Source: an uncultured bacterium | GTDB lineage: Bacteria; Eisenbacteria; RBG-16-71-46; JABDJR01; JAWXBZ01 | Assembly (NCBI GenBank): GCA_964596775.1 | Contig: CAZQVN010000004.1 | Coordinates: forward strand, 29,638-93,637 | Direction of reading: 5' to 3' | Length of the DNA: 64,000 nucleotides | Shown here: positions 37,266 to 46,904 of the stretch, piece after piece | Layout: every line of letters begins with the position of its first letter | Position numbering within the stretch: position 1 is the stretch's first letter | Made by a program: the position numbers and the translations under genes | The notes under the pieces: generated by a model | Seen by the model: the letters and a program-made list of their open reading frames with translations, nothing else | The model's database searches: none | Told to the model about the DNA's origin: nothing

Positions 37266-38714
37266 TCACGGATTAAAGACAAGCTTGGCCGGCCGTGATT
37301 CAACCGGGCCGGACAATCGAATGAAATAGACTCCGGCGTCGACATGTATTCCCTTCGTGTCGCGACCATCCCACTCGAGTTGATGTCGCCCCGCTCCAAG
37401 AAATTCCTCGGCGAGAGTCACGATGCTGCGACCCTGGACATCGAATACGGCGAGCCGATAGGCACCCGGCACCGGAAGGTCAAATGTCAGCGTGGTGCGC
37501 GTTCGAAATGGATTCGGAAATGCAACCAGACCGACGGGATCATGTCTGGGAACCGAGGCAGTCGACTCCGGTCCCAGGCGAACGAGCCACGCATGAGGTG
37601 GGGAACACCCTCCCCCTTCATCGATCGGACAGTCCCGGTTTCCACCGATGATGAACCCCCCGTCCGTCATCTGACGGATGGCGAATCCTTCATCGAAATC
37701 CCCGAAGGGAGGCATCTCCGGACCGCCAAGCTTCAGGGTCCACAGCGTGTCTCCAGCGGTGTCGAGACGAAGGACTCCAAGATCAAGCGAACCGGACCCG
37801 ATGCACAGGGCATGACCTCCTTCGCTCACGGGAGTGATTTCATGTCCGGTCCCACCGGAATATCTCCTGGTCCAGAGCGTATCTCCGCTGCTGTTCATCC
37901 GACCAACCCACGGCCCGCCCATGTCTACTCTGCCTGTGAAGATGAACCCTCCGTCCTCCGTTTCCTTGATCGAGTACACGACATCGTGTGTGTTCAGCGC
38001 TCCATTCAACTGTCGCGTCCACAAGGTGTCTCCGTTGGCGTCCATCCGCAGGATCCAGCCATCCGTTGAGCAATTGCAGCCCCTGCGCGTAGAGCCGCCG
38101 ACGATGAACCCCCCATCATCCGTTTGATCCACCGCGTATCCAACATCTCCATTGGGAATGCCGTAGGATTTGAACCACAGAGCATTCCCGAAAGAGTCGA
38201 CACGTCCGAGAATCACGTCTCCATTGGAGCCACAAAGTATGAAGTCTCCGTTCTCCAATTCCAGGACGGAGTGAATCTCTCCCGCCCCATAAGATCGCGT
38301 CCAGAGCGTGTCGCCGTTTTGGTCCGTGCGAATCAGTAGAGTGAGAAACGAAACGGGGGATCGTGTGCCTCCAATCACATATCCATGATCCGAGGTTTCC
38401 AGGACTGAGTAAGCCCAGCCTGGCAGGATGGACCGCGTCCACAGGGTATCGCCATCCGCGTCCGTTCGGAGAAGCATGATCGTCTGCGGCCACCAGTAGC
38501 CCGTTGCCACAACGCCTCCGTCGAATGTTTCATCGACCGAGTAGATGTATCCTTCCCCATATGATCTATCCCACAACACGGGAGGCGGTTCGATAGCCTC
38601 TACGGCAAGGGGGGAGAAGGCTGTAAAGAGGAGGAAAAGCAAGATACAGAGATTTTGTGATCCGATTGCCCCGGCAATGACTAGTTGTTTTGGAAGAAGA
38701 GCCATCGTCATCAC
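37266..38714 (-). CDS. secreted beta-propeller repeat protein (SBBP-like repeats with reiterated DGDTLWTR motif) with C-terminal FlgD-Ig/T9SS-type sorting domain, in a lower-GC segment
   Basis: Signal peptide within MMTMALLPKQLVIAGAIGSQNLCILLFLLFTAFSPLAVEA. Seven or more repeats of about 50 aa contain ...DGG(F/V)I..G...(D/N)GDTLWTR.YG.... C-terminus AFPNPFRTRTTLTFDLPVPGAYRLAVFDVQGRSIVTL...WDG...GVYFIRLSGPVESRPAKLVFNP. Local GC is about 56-58%, against about 70% in the flanks. Confidence 0.65.
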   Translation of the reverse strand: MMTMALLPKQLVIAGAIGSQNLCILLFLLFTAFSPLAVEAIEPPPVLWDRSYGEGYIYSVDETFDGGVVATGYWWPQTIMLLRTDADGDTLWTRSILPGWAYSVLETSDHGYVIGGTRSPVSFLTLLIRTDQNGDTLWTRSYGAGEIHSVLELENGDFILCGSNGDVILGRVDSFGNALWFKSYGIPNGDVGYAVDQTDDGGFIVGGSTRRGCNCSTDGWILRMDANGDTLWTRQLNGALNTHDVVYSIKETEDGGFIFTGRVDMGGPWVGRMNSSGDTLWTRRYSGGTGHEITPVSEGGHALCIGSGSLDLGVLRLDTAGDTLWTLKLGGPEMPPFGDFDEGFAIRQMTDGGFIIGGNRDCPIDEGGGCSPPHAWLVRLGPESTASVPRHDPVGLVAFPNPFRTRTTLTFDLPVPGAYRLAVFDVQGRSIVTLAEEFLGAGRHQLEWDGRDTKGIHVDAGVYFIRLSGPVESRPAKLVFNP

Positions 38715-38974
38715 CTACTCATCCCAATGAAGAAAGCCGTACCGGATGATAAGTTTTATCGTCGATATGTGAGCACGCATTGTGTCAGCCGACAGGTCCT
38801 GGCTCGAAATTGCTATGCCGCAGTTCAGTGTCGTTCCACCCGACCACGCCCGGACCAGATCGCGGAGATCGAATCGAAGGAAACCTCCCTGATTCCGCTG
38901 ATAGTTGCGGGCAACTTCGGCAGCGTCCTGTTCAGTGGGGAATGCCGAAGCCTGATTGACGAGCCAGTATCCAA

Positions 38975-39023
<49 letters not shown>

Positions 39024-39171
39024 CTGGTCTCAACTTGGATCTCCCCTGGAAGTAGTCAGCTTTAGCAAAGAGTTCCGTCGGAACGAACCCCCTCACAGAG
39101 CTTCAATTGTGGACTTATTGTCATGGCCTGACAATCGGAAAAGCGCCCATCTCGTAACCGTTGTGTTGACC

Positions 39172-42100
39172 CTAGCTTACGGTTCGCGTTCGCCTCGGCC
39201 GCACCCACCGCCAAACCATCCCCGGAACCCTTGCCAGCCAGCCTCCGCCGTCCTCCACGAGCGTGACCGTGGTCGGCAGGAGCACCGAGGTCAGGAACGT
39301 GGACACGACGAGGCCGCCCATGATCACGAGAGCCATCGAGTAGTAGTAGACGCCGCCGAGCGACGGCTTCTGGACGACCATCGGCACGAGACCGATCAGG
39401 GTGGTGAGCGCCGTCATGAGGATGGGGCGCAGGCGGTCGCGGCCGGCCTGGAGCATCGCGTCGTAGCGGGGCATGCCGCGGCGCCGGTACAGGTTGATGT
39501 GCTCGATGAGCACGATCCCGTTGTTGACCACGATGCCGATGAGGAGCAGCAGCCCCACCGCGGCCGGCTGGTCGAAGTCCGTCTTCGTGAAGAACAGCGT
39601 CCAGATGGCGCCGGACAGCGCGAACGGCAGGGCCACCATGAGCGCTATGGCGCTGCGGATCGACTCGAACAGGCCGGCCATCACTGCGAAGATGAGCAGC
39701 AGGGCCAGCGCCAGGTTCACCAGGAACTCCTGCGACCGCTCCTTCTGCCGCTCCTGCCACTGGCCGAACGTCCAGGAATAGCCGTAGGGGAACGTGATGC
39801 CGTTCATCGCCTCGGTGACCGCCGGCATGTAGCTTTCCTTCGTCCCTTCCTTGTAGGCGGCGCCGACCCAGATGCTGGTCAGCCGGTTGTCGCGCATGAT
39901 GTGGGTGGCGCCCTTCGTTTCCCGGAAGTCGGCGAGCGCCGACAGGCGGAGCTTCTCGCCGTTTTCCGCCCAGAGCGGCAGGTTCTGAAGCTGGGCCAGC
40001 GACTCCGTCTGCTTTTCGTCCAGCGTCAGGCGCATCTCCTTTTCGCCGTCGGCGGTCCGAAAGCGCGGCAGCCGGCGGCCGCGGAACGTGAGGCCCACGA
40101 CCTCGGCGGGCTGCATCGGCGACACGCCGTAGCGCGCCCCGAGGTCGCGGTCCAGCTCCACGTGGATTTCCTGCCCCCCCTCCTGGTCCCCGGCGAACAC
40201 CTCGGACAGGCCGGGGATCGCCTCGAGGCGCTTCTTCGCCTCGTCGGCAATGCTTGCCAGGACCTCGGAGTCCTCGCCGACGATCTGGAACGCCACCCGC
40301 TTCCCCTGGTCCATCCGCCAGAACTGGCGGTTCTCCATGACGTCGAGCTTGACCCCGGCCACCTCGGGAAGCAGCGTCTTCAGCTTGTTCCGGACCACCT
40401 GGATGTTGTCCGCGGTGGCCTCCCCTTCATGGAGATAGATGCGGGTCAGCGAAAAGCGGTCGCTCCAGAAGCTGTAGATGGAGCGCGCCATCAGCTCTTC
40501 GCGGTGCGGCTCGAGCTGCTGCTCCACGAAGGTGACCAGCTCCTCCTTCTTTTCCAGGCTCGTTTCCTCGCTGTACTCGTAGCGGACCTGGACGAACAGC
40601 TCCGTTTCGCTCGTGTCGAAGTTCTTGTCCACCTTCATGAACGGGTACACGGCCGAGGCCATGATCACGATGCCGACGAGCGGCGTCAGCCAGCGGTGCT
40701 TCAGGTTCGCCGCGAGAATCCGGCAGTAGCGCTCCTCGAGCCAGCCCATCAGCCTCCCCCTGGGGCGCGGCTCGGAGCGGATGAACCACGACGTGGCCAG
40801 CGGGATCAGCGTCTGGCTGATGAACAGCGAGGCGAGGAGCGTCAGGCAGACCGTGATGCCGAGTTCCTTGAGGTAGATGTTCACCTCGCTCGGCTTGTTG
40901 AAGACGAGCGGCAGGAACACGATGACCGAGGTCAGCGTGGCGGCGATCACCGCGGTGGATACTTCCGAGGCACCGATCCGCGACGCCGTCTTCGGATCGT
41001 GGCCGGCCTCGCGGTGGCGGAAGATGTTTTCCATGACCACCACCGCGTTGTCCACCAGCATGCCGATGCCCACGATGAGGCCGAGGAGGGTCAGCGTGTT
41101 CAGGCTCTTCCCCTGCGCCCAGACGATGCCGCAGGTGACGATCAGCGAAAACGGAATGCACAGCACGGAAAAGATCGTGGTGGACACCCGGCGCAGGAAG
41201 AGGAACAGGACGATCGCCGCCAGGATGGCCCCGAAGATCCCGGTGAACGTGAGATCGCGGAGCGTCTTCCTGATCTCCTTCCCCTGGCTGAACCAGACGA
41301 GGAAGTTGACGCCCGACAGCTCGGGATCCTCGTTCATCTCGGCGATCCGCGCCTCGAGGGCGTCGCACACCTCCACGGTGTTCGCCCGCGACTCCTGGTT
41401 CACGGTGATGCCGATGGCGAAGTCGCCGTCGAGGTGGCGGCCGTATTCGAGCGGCGGCTCCTCGAACAGGACTTCGGCCACGTCCTTGAGACGCAGGCCG
41501 TCGGAGCGGATCGGCAGGTTCTCGATTTCCGAAACGGACGAGAACGTGCCGACCGTGCGGACGGCGAAGCGGACCTCGCCGTCGGTCACCTTGCCCAGCG
41601 ACTGGTCGAAATTGCTCCGCTCCAGGGTGCGCAGCACGGTCCGGACGTCCATGCCGTGCAGCTCCAGGTCGGCCAGGCGGAGGTTGATCCGGACCTCGCG
41701 CGGGTTCACGCCGTCGAGCCGGACCTGGGCCACGCCGGGGATCCGCTCCAGCGGTTTCACGATGCGGCGGTCGAGCAGGTCGTAGCTTTCGCTGAGATTC
41801 CGGCGCGAGGAAAGACGCCCCTCGAGAATCGGCTTGTCCGCGTCGCGGGCGTCCCAGTTGGACCCCACCGAGATGTCGCCGATGTCGTCGGGCAGGTCGC
41901 GCTTGATCCGGTCGATCTTTTCCCAGACCTCCACCTTGGCCAGGCGCATGTCGCGCGACCAGTCGAAGTCGAGCCGCACGATCCCGCCCTCGTCGTTGGC
42001 CATCGACCAGATGTTCTTGAGCCCCTTCACCGAGCCGAGCGCGTCCTCGACGGGACGGATGATCGTCCGCTCGATCTGCTCCGGCGACGCGTTCGGGTAC

Positions 42101-42249
42101 GGCACGCGCACGAACAGCTCCGGCTGCTCCACGTCGGGCATGAACGCCAGCGGCAGCCGGATCAGCGCCACCGCGCCGAGGACGACGAGGCTGATGATGA
42201 TCATGAGGGTGGTGACGGGACGCTTGATGGCCAGTTCCGGAAGCGTCAT
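39172..42249 (-). CDS. RND efflux permease (HAE1/AcrB-MdtC-like), 1025 aa
   Basis: 12-TM RND architecture with typical blocks (N-terminal RPVTTLMIIISLVVLG, GMLVDNAVVVMENI, C-terminal repeat of the same). 4-nt overlap with the upstream RND gene. Confidence 0.85.
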   Translation of the reverse strand: MTLPELAIKRPVTTLMIIISLVVLGAVALIRLPLAFMPDVEQPELFVRVPYPNASPEQIERTIIRPVEDALGSVKGLKNIWSMANDEGGIVRLDFDWSRDMRLAKVEVWEKIDRIKRDLPDDIGDISVGSNWDARDADKPILEGRLSSRRNLSESYDLLDRRIVKPLERIPGVAQVRLDGVNPREVRINLRLADLELHGMDVRTVLRTLERSNFDQSLGKVTDGEVRFAVRTVGTFSSVSEIENLPIRSDGLRLKDVAEVLFEEPPLEYGRHLDGDFAIGITVNQESRANTVEVCDALEARIAEMNEDPELSGVNFLVWFSQGKEIRKTLRDLTFTGIFGAILAAIVLFLFLRRVSTTIFSVLCIPFSLIVTCGIVWAQGKSLNTLTLLGLIVGIGMLVDNAVVVMENIFRHREAGHDPKTASRIGASEVSTAVIAATLTSVIVFLPLVFNKPSEVNIYLKELGITVCLTLLASLFISQTLIPLATSWFIRSEPRPRGRLMGWLEERYCRILAANLKHRWLTPLVGIVIMASAVYPFMKVDKNFDTSETELFVQVRYEYSEETSLEKKEELVTFVEQQLEPHREELMARSIYSFWSDRFSLTRIYLHEGEATADNIQVVRNKLKTLLPEVAGVKLDVMENRQFWRMDQGKRVAFQIVGEDSEVLASIADEAKKRLEAIPGLSEVFAGDQEGGQEIHVELDRDLGARYGVSPMQPAEVVGLTFRGRRLPRFRTADGEKEMRLTLDEKQTESLAQLQNLPLWAENGEKLRLSALADFRETKGATHIMRDNRLTSIWVGAAYKEGTKESYMPAVTEAMNGITFPYGYSWTFGQWQERQKERSQEFLVNLALALLLIFAVMAGLFESIRSAIALMVALPFALSGAIWTLFFTKTDFDQPAAVGLLLLIGIVVNNGIVLIEHINLYRRRGMPRYDAMLQAGRDRLRPILMTALTTLIGLVPMVVQKPSLGGVYYYSMALVIMGGLVVSTFLTSVLLPTTVTLVEDGGGWLARVPGMVWRWVRPRRTRTVS

Positions 42250-45200
42250 GACGCGGCTCCTTCGGCAACCGCCACGGGTTCCTGCGCGGGCAGGCGCGAC
42301 GGCACCGCCATGTAGGCGGCGGGGATGACCACGAGGGTCAGCAGCGTGGACAGCGAAAGTCCGAACGCCACGGTGATGGCGAGGGGAGCCCGGAGCTCCG
42401 CGCCTTCACCCCACGAGAGGGCCATCGGCACGAGTCCCAGGACGGTGGTGAGCGTGGTCATGAGGATCGGCCGCAGGCGCACGTGACCGGCGCGCACCAC
42501 CGCCTCCTCCTTGTCCACGCCGTCGCGGCGGAAGCGGTTGATGGCGTCGATGAGAACGATGGCGTTGTTGACCACGATGCCCACGAGCATCACCGTTCCG
42601 ATCAGGACGATGATCGTGATCGTCGTCCCGGTCACCAGAAGGCCGGCCACCACGCCGGTCAGCGCCAGCGGGATGGTGAACATCACGATGAACGGGTGGA
42701 GCAGCGACTCGAACGTGGCCGCCATCACCAGGTAGACGAGGAAGATGGCCAGGCCGATCGCGAAGCGGAGGCTGGCGAAGGACACCTGCATCTCCTTGTT
42801 CTGGCCGCCGAGTTCCGCGGTGATCCCGGCCGGCGGCGGCGACCGGCGCAGGACCTGGCCGATGCTCTCCGCCGCGCCGCCGAGGCTCTGCCCGGACAGG
42901 TTGGCGGTGACCACCGCGGCGCGCTGCTGGCCGAGCCGGTGGATCTCCGCGGGCCCGCGGTCGAGGGTCACGTCGGCCACGGACATGAGACGGATCGGCT
43001 GGTTGCCGGGCCCCGGCAGGACGAGGTTCCGCACGTCGTCGAGCGACTTCCGGTCGGACTCGACGTTGCGGATCCGGATGTCGATCTGGCGGTCCGCCTC
43101 CTTGAACCGGGTCGGCACCACGCCCTGGACGCGGCTCTTCAGCGTCTCCGAGAGGACGCCCATGTCGAGCCCGAGCGAAGCCACCCGGTCGCGGTCGAAC
43201 ACGACCTGCACTTCCGGGTTGCCCGATTCCAGCGACGAGCGCACGTCCTTGAGGCCGGGGAGCACCGAAAGTTCCGAGGCGAGGTTCAGCGAGTAGTCGC
43301 GGAGTTCCTCGAGGCTTTCGCCGTAGAGGACCACCTCAACCGGCGTCTTCAGGCTGAAGTAGGACGGCCGGCCGAACTTGACCTCGAGATCGGGGATGCC
43401 GGAGTAGGCGGCCCGGAGGTCGGCGGTCACCTTGTCCTCGGCGGCCTCGTCGGTGCGGTCCTTGAGCGCGATGTTCAGCTGGGCGAGATTTTCGCCCCGC
43501 GTGTTCAGCGACATGCCGCCGGCGATGAGCCGGCTGCCGATCGTGGAGTAGTAGGCGGCGATCCCCGGTTCGGCCGCGGCCGTTTTTTCCATCCCCTCGA
43601 CGATCCGGTCGGTGGCTTCCAGCGACGTTCCTTCGGGCATGTTCACCTCGAAAAAGAACTCCCCTTCGGACAGCTGCGGCACGAGCTCCGTGCCGATCCC
43701 GGGAACGGCGGACAGCGCGGCGAAGAACAGGCCGAACGCGAAGAGAAGGACGACCCATTTTCTCTGGATGGCCCCGCGCACGATCCCGTCGTAGAGGCGG
43801 GAGAAGGCGCCGAGGGTGGCCTCGGGATCCGTTTCGGCGGCGCGGGCGTCGCGGGCCGGGACTGCGGCGGGAGAGGATCCGCCGCCGCTTCCGCCGGCCG
43901 CCCCCGCGGACAGGGCGGCACCGGTCGAAGGACCGCCCGCGGCGGCACGCCTGTCGATGCCCAGTCCGGCGAGCATCGGGATCAGCGAGATCGACACGAC
44001 CAGCGACGCGAGCAGGCTGATCGTGACCGTCAGCGCCTGGTCCTTGAACAGCTGCCCGGCGATCCCCTGGACGAAGACGATCGGCAGGAACACCGCCACC
44101 GTCGTGAGCGTGGACGCCACCACCGCCGCTCCGACTTCCGTCGTGCCCTCCACGGCGGCCCGGGCCCGGGACAGCCCCTCCTGGCGCTTCCGGAAGATCG
44201 ACTCCAGCACCACGATGGAATTGTCCACGAGCATGCCGATCCCGAGCGTCAGCCCGCCGAGCGACATGATGTTGAGCGAAAGGTTCATCCGGTACATCAC
44301 GAGAAACGTGGCCACCACGGACAGCGGAATCGAAGTGGCGATGATGAGCGTGCTGCGGAGGTCGCGCAGGAACAGGAACAGCAGGATGATGGCGAGAAGG
44401 CCACCGACGATCGCGGAGTTGCGCACCTCGTTGACCGCCTGCTCGATGAACCGCGACTGGTCGTAGAGCGTGGTGAGTTCGTACCCCTCCGGGAGCTTGC
44501 CGCGCCACGAGTCGAGACGCTCCTGGAGCGCGCGGGCGGCGGTAACGGCGTTGGCGTCCCCTTCCTTGTAGATGGAGATCTCCACGCTTTCCCGGCCGTT
44601 CACCCGGGTGATCTCGTCCCGCTCCTTCGTGCCCTTCCTGACGACCGCAACGTCGTTGAGGCGGATCGGGGCCGTGGATGCGTCGGAGACGATCAGGCTT
44701 CCGATCTCCTCAACGGAGTTGAACTCGTTGACGGTGCGGATGAGGAACTGGTTGTCGGCGCCGCGGAGCGCCCCGCCGGGCAGGTTGACGTTGGACACCC
44801 CGACGACCTGGCGGACCCGGTCCAGCGGGATGTTCAGGGCGGCCAGGCGCTCCTGGTCCAGGTCGACCTGGATTTCCTGCTCGAGCCCCCCCTTGATCTC
44901 CGCGGCGGCCACCCCCTTGATCGTTTCGAAGTCCGGCTTCAGTTTCCGGTCGGCGAGTTCGCGGATCGTGGCGAGGTCGTCGGGACCGGTGAGTGCCAGG
45001 CGGATCACGGGGTCGAGCGAGGGATCGAAGCGCAGGACGATCGGGTCGTCGGCCTCCTCGGGGAGCACGAGCCGATCCAGTTTTTCGCGGACCTCCATCG
45101 ACAGCAGGTCCATGTCCGAGCCCCATTCGAACTCGAGCGTCACCTCGGACACGCCGGGTCGCGACACGGAGTGGATCGTCTCCAGGCCGCGCAGGACGCC

Positions 45201-45416
45201 CACCGCCTCCTCCACCGGCCGGGTGATGAGGTTTTCCACTTCCTGGGGGGCGGCGTCGGAGAGATCCGTCTGCACGGTCAGCGACGGATAGGTGATGTCC
45301 GGAAACAGCTCGAGCGACAGCCGCTGGTACCCGACCACGCCGAACGCGGCGACCGCCAGCGAGAACATGAGCACACTGACCCGCCGCCGGACGGCGAGAT
45401 CCACGAACCCCTGCAT
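42246..45416 (-). CDS. RND efflux permease (HAE1/AcrB-MdtB-like), 1056 aa
   Basis: MQGFVDLAVRRRVSVLMFSLAVAAFGVVGY...GMLVDNSIVVLESI; the whole length is RND-like. Start overlaps the membrane-fusion-protein stop by 1 nt. Confidence 0.85.
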   Translation of the reverse strand: MQGFVDLAVRRRVSVLMFSLAVAAFGVVGYQRLSLELFPDITYPSLTVQTDLSDAAPQEVENLITRPVEEAVGVLRGLETIHSVSRPGVSEVTLEFEWGSDMDLLSMEVREKLDRLVLPEEADDPIVLRFDPSLDPVIRLALTGPDDLATIRELADRKLKPDFETIKGVAAAEIKGGLEQEIQVDLDQERLAALNIPLDRVRQVVGVSNVNLPGGALRGADNQFLIRTVNEFNSVEEIGSLIVSDASTAPIRLNDVAVVRKGTKERDEITRVNGRESVEISIYKEGDANAVTAARALQERLDSWRGKLPEGYELTTLYDQSRFIEQAVNEVRNSAIVGGLLAIILLFLFLRDLRSTLIIATSIPLSVVATFLVMYRMNLSLNIMSLGGLTLGIGMLVDNSIVVLESIFRKRQEGLSRARAAVEGTTEVGAAVVASTLTTVAVFLPIVFVQGIAGQLFKDQALTVTISLLASLVVSISLIPMLAGLGIDRRAAAGGPSTGAALSAGAAGGSGGGSSPAAVPARDARAAETDPEATLGAFSRLYDGIVRGAIQRKWVVLLFAFGLFFAALSAVPGIGTELVPQLSEGEFFFEVNMPEGTSLEATDRIVEGMEKTAAAEPGIAAYYSTIGSRLIAGGMSLNTRGENLAQLNIALKDRTDEAAEDKVTADLRAAYSGIPDLEVKFGRPSYFSLKTPVEVVLYGESLEELRDYSLNLASELSVLPGLKDVRSSLESGNPEVQVVFDRDRVASLGLDMGVLSETLKSRVQGVVPTRFKEADRQIDIRIRNVESDRKSLDDVRNLVLPGPGNQPIRLMSVADVTLDRGPAEIHRLGQQRAAVVTANLSGQSLGGAAESIGQVLRRSPPPAGITAELGGQNKEMQVSFASLRFAIGLAIFLVYLVMAATFESLLHPFIVMFTIPLALTGVVAGLLVTGTTITIIVLIGTVMLVGIVVNNAIVLIDAINRFRRDGVDKEEAVVRAGHVRLRPILMTTLTTVLGLVPMALSWGEGAELRAPLAITVAFGLSLSTLLTLVVIPAAYMAVPSRLPAQEPVAVAEGAAS

Positions 45417-46633
45417 CAGGAGCCCCTGGCCTCGGACGGGAGAGCCACGTTGAGCGAATCGGCCGCCGGGGCGGACGAATCCGTTGCGGCGTCGAGGATC
45501 TTGAGTTTCGAGCCGTGCTTGAGGCTTCGCTGCCCCTTGACCACCGTCCTTTCCCCGTCCTTGAGGCCGGCGAGGATCTCGGCGTTCCGGTCATCCTGGA
45601 ACCCCACCTCGACGACGCGGCGCTCGGCCGTGGAATCGGCGGCGCACACGTAGACGATCTGGTCCCCCTTGTCGGTGAACACCGCGATCTTCGGCACGAG
45701 CGTGGTGGCGTGACGGTCCTCGGTCACGATCGACACCTGGGCGAAGTCGCCGGGGCGGACGTTGTCCGGAGCGGCGGGAATCTCCACCGTCACCTTGATC
45801 GTTCCGCTCTGCGGATCGATGATCGGGCTCACGAGCTTGATGCGGCCCCGGAGGCGCTCCTTGTTGCTGTCCATCACGAGTTCCACCGGCTGGTCGGGCT
45901 TCAGGCGGCGGAACTCCTTGGCCGGCACGTGCACCCGGGCGAGGAGCGGATCGAAATCGGACACCACGAACAGCGGCGTGCCCGAGCTGACGTTCTGGCC
46001 GATGTTGACGAGGCGCCGCGTGACGCGACCGGAAAACGGCGCCTCAACACGGGTGTAGGACAGGTTCAGCTCCGCGAGCCCTTCCTCGGCCTTCGCCGAT
46101 TCGAGATCGTTCCGGGCCGCCTCGAACTCCTCGGCGGACACGAGCTTTCCTTCCCACATCTTCTTGAGGCGCTCGAACCGGGCGGTCAGGTTCGCGGTGC
46201 GGGCCTGGGCCTGGGCCACGCGGAGCCGGTACTCCTCGTCCTGGATGGACAGGAGCGTGGCGCCCTTCCTCACGTAATCCCCCTCCTCGACACCGAGAGA
46301 GAGGACGGTGCCCGAGACGCGGGCCAGCACCTCCGCTTCGTTGTCCGCCTCGAGCGTGGCGGTGGCCGTGTAGTAGCTGGAGATGGACCCGGTGAACGCC
46401 GCCTCGACGGCCACGGGAACCGGAGGTTCCGCGGGTGGCCCGCCGGGACCCCCCTGCCCCCCGGGGCCGTGTCCGCCATGCGCCGCGGCGGCCGGGCCGG
46501 CCTTGCCGTCCCCCTTCTTGCCGCAGCCCGCCCCGGCGATCACAAATATAATGAGGAGAACGGCCGGCAGCGCGCGGCCGTGGTTATGCGAAAACAGCGA
46601 CGACAGCCCTGCCCTGTGCAGTCCCGGGCCCAT
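45416..46633 (-). CDS. RND efflux periplasmic adaptor (membrane fusion protein, HlyD/AcrA family), lipoprotein
   Basis: Lipobox IAGAGCG, a Gly/Pro-rich linker, then a biotinyl/lipoyl-like hairpin plus beta-barrel regions (VEAPFSGRVTRRLVNIGQNVSSGTPLFVVSD). First gene of the three-gene operon. Confidence 0.8.
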   Translation of the reverse strand: MGPGLHRAGLSSLFSHNHGRALPAVLLIIFVIAGAGCGKKGDGKAGPAAAAHGGHGPGGQGGPGGPPAEPPVPVAVEAAFTGSISSYYTATATLEADNEAEVLARVSGTVLSLGVEEGDYVRKGATLLSIQDEEYRLRVAQAQARTANLTARFERLKKMWEGKLVSAEEFEAARNDLESAKAEEGLAELNLSYTRVEAPFSGRVTRRLVNIGQNVSSGTPLFVVSDFDPLLARVHVPAKEFRRLKPDQPVELVMDSNKERLRGRIKLVSPIIDPQSGTIKVTVEIPAAPDNVRPGDFAQVSIVTEDRHATTLVPKIAVFTDKGDQIVYVCAADSTAERRVVEVGFQDDRNAEILAGLKDGERTVVKGQRSLKHGSKLKILDAATDSSAPAADSLNVALPSEARGS

Positions 46634-46791
46634 GAATTTCCCCCGATCAAGTGGTTATGAAATATAGAGTTGGACGATTCTGGCGCCGCGCGCCCGCCGG
46701 CCGGCCGCTGGTGATGCCGGAAATGGCCGCCCGGCGGGAGGGGACCGGTGAGGGCGGAGTTCGACGGGACAGTACTGGAGACGCATCCGCG

Positions 46792-46817
46792 CCGGGAAAC
46801 GTTTCACTGTTTCCCGG
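46792..46817. terminator. perfect 9-bp-stem hairpin (CCGGGAAAC-N8-GTTTCCCGG), possible transcription terminator of the peptidase gene
   Basis: It lies about 90-110 nt downstream of the peptidase stop on the minus strand. There is no U-run, which is common in high-GC genomes. Confidence 0.3.
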
Positions 46818-46904
46818 CCCGCGTCAGGTTAACAGGATGAAGCGGGCGCACCAAGTGCAGCCGTGTACCGCTGCTCCCGATGCTGAAGTGTCGATCCGGC
46901 CGAA

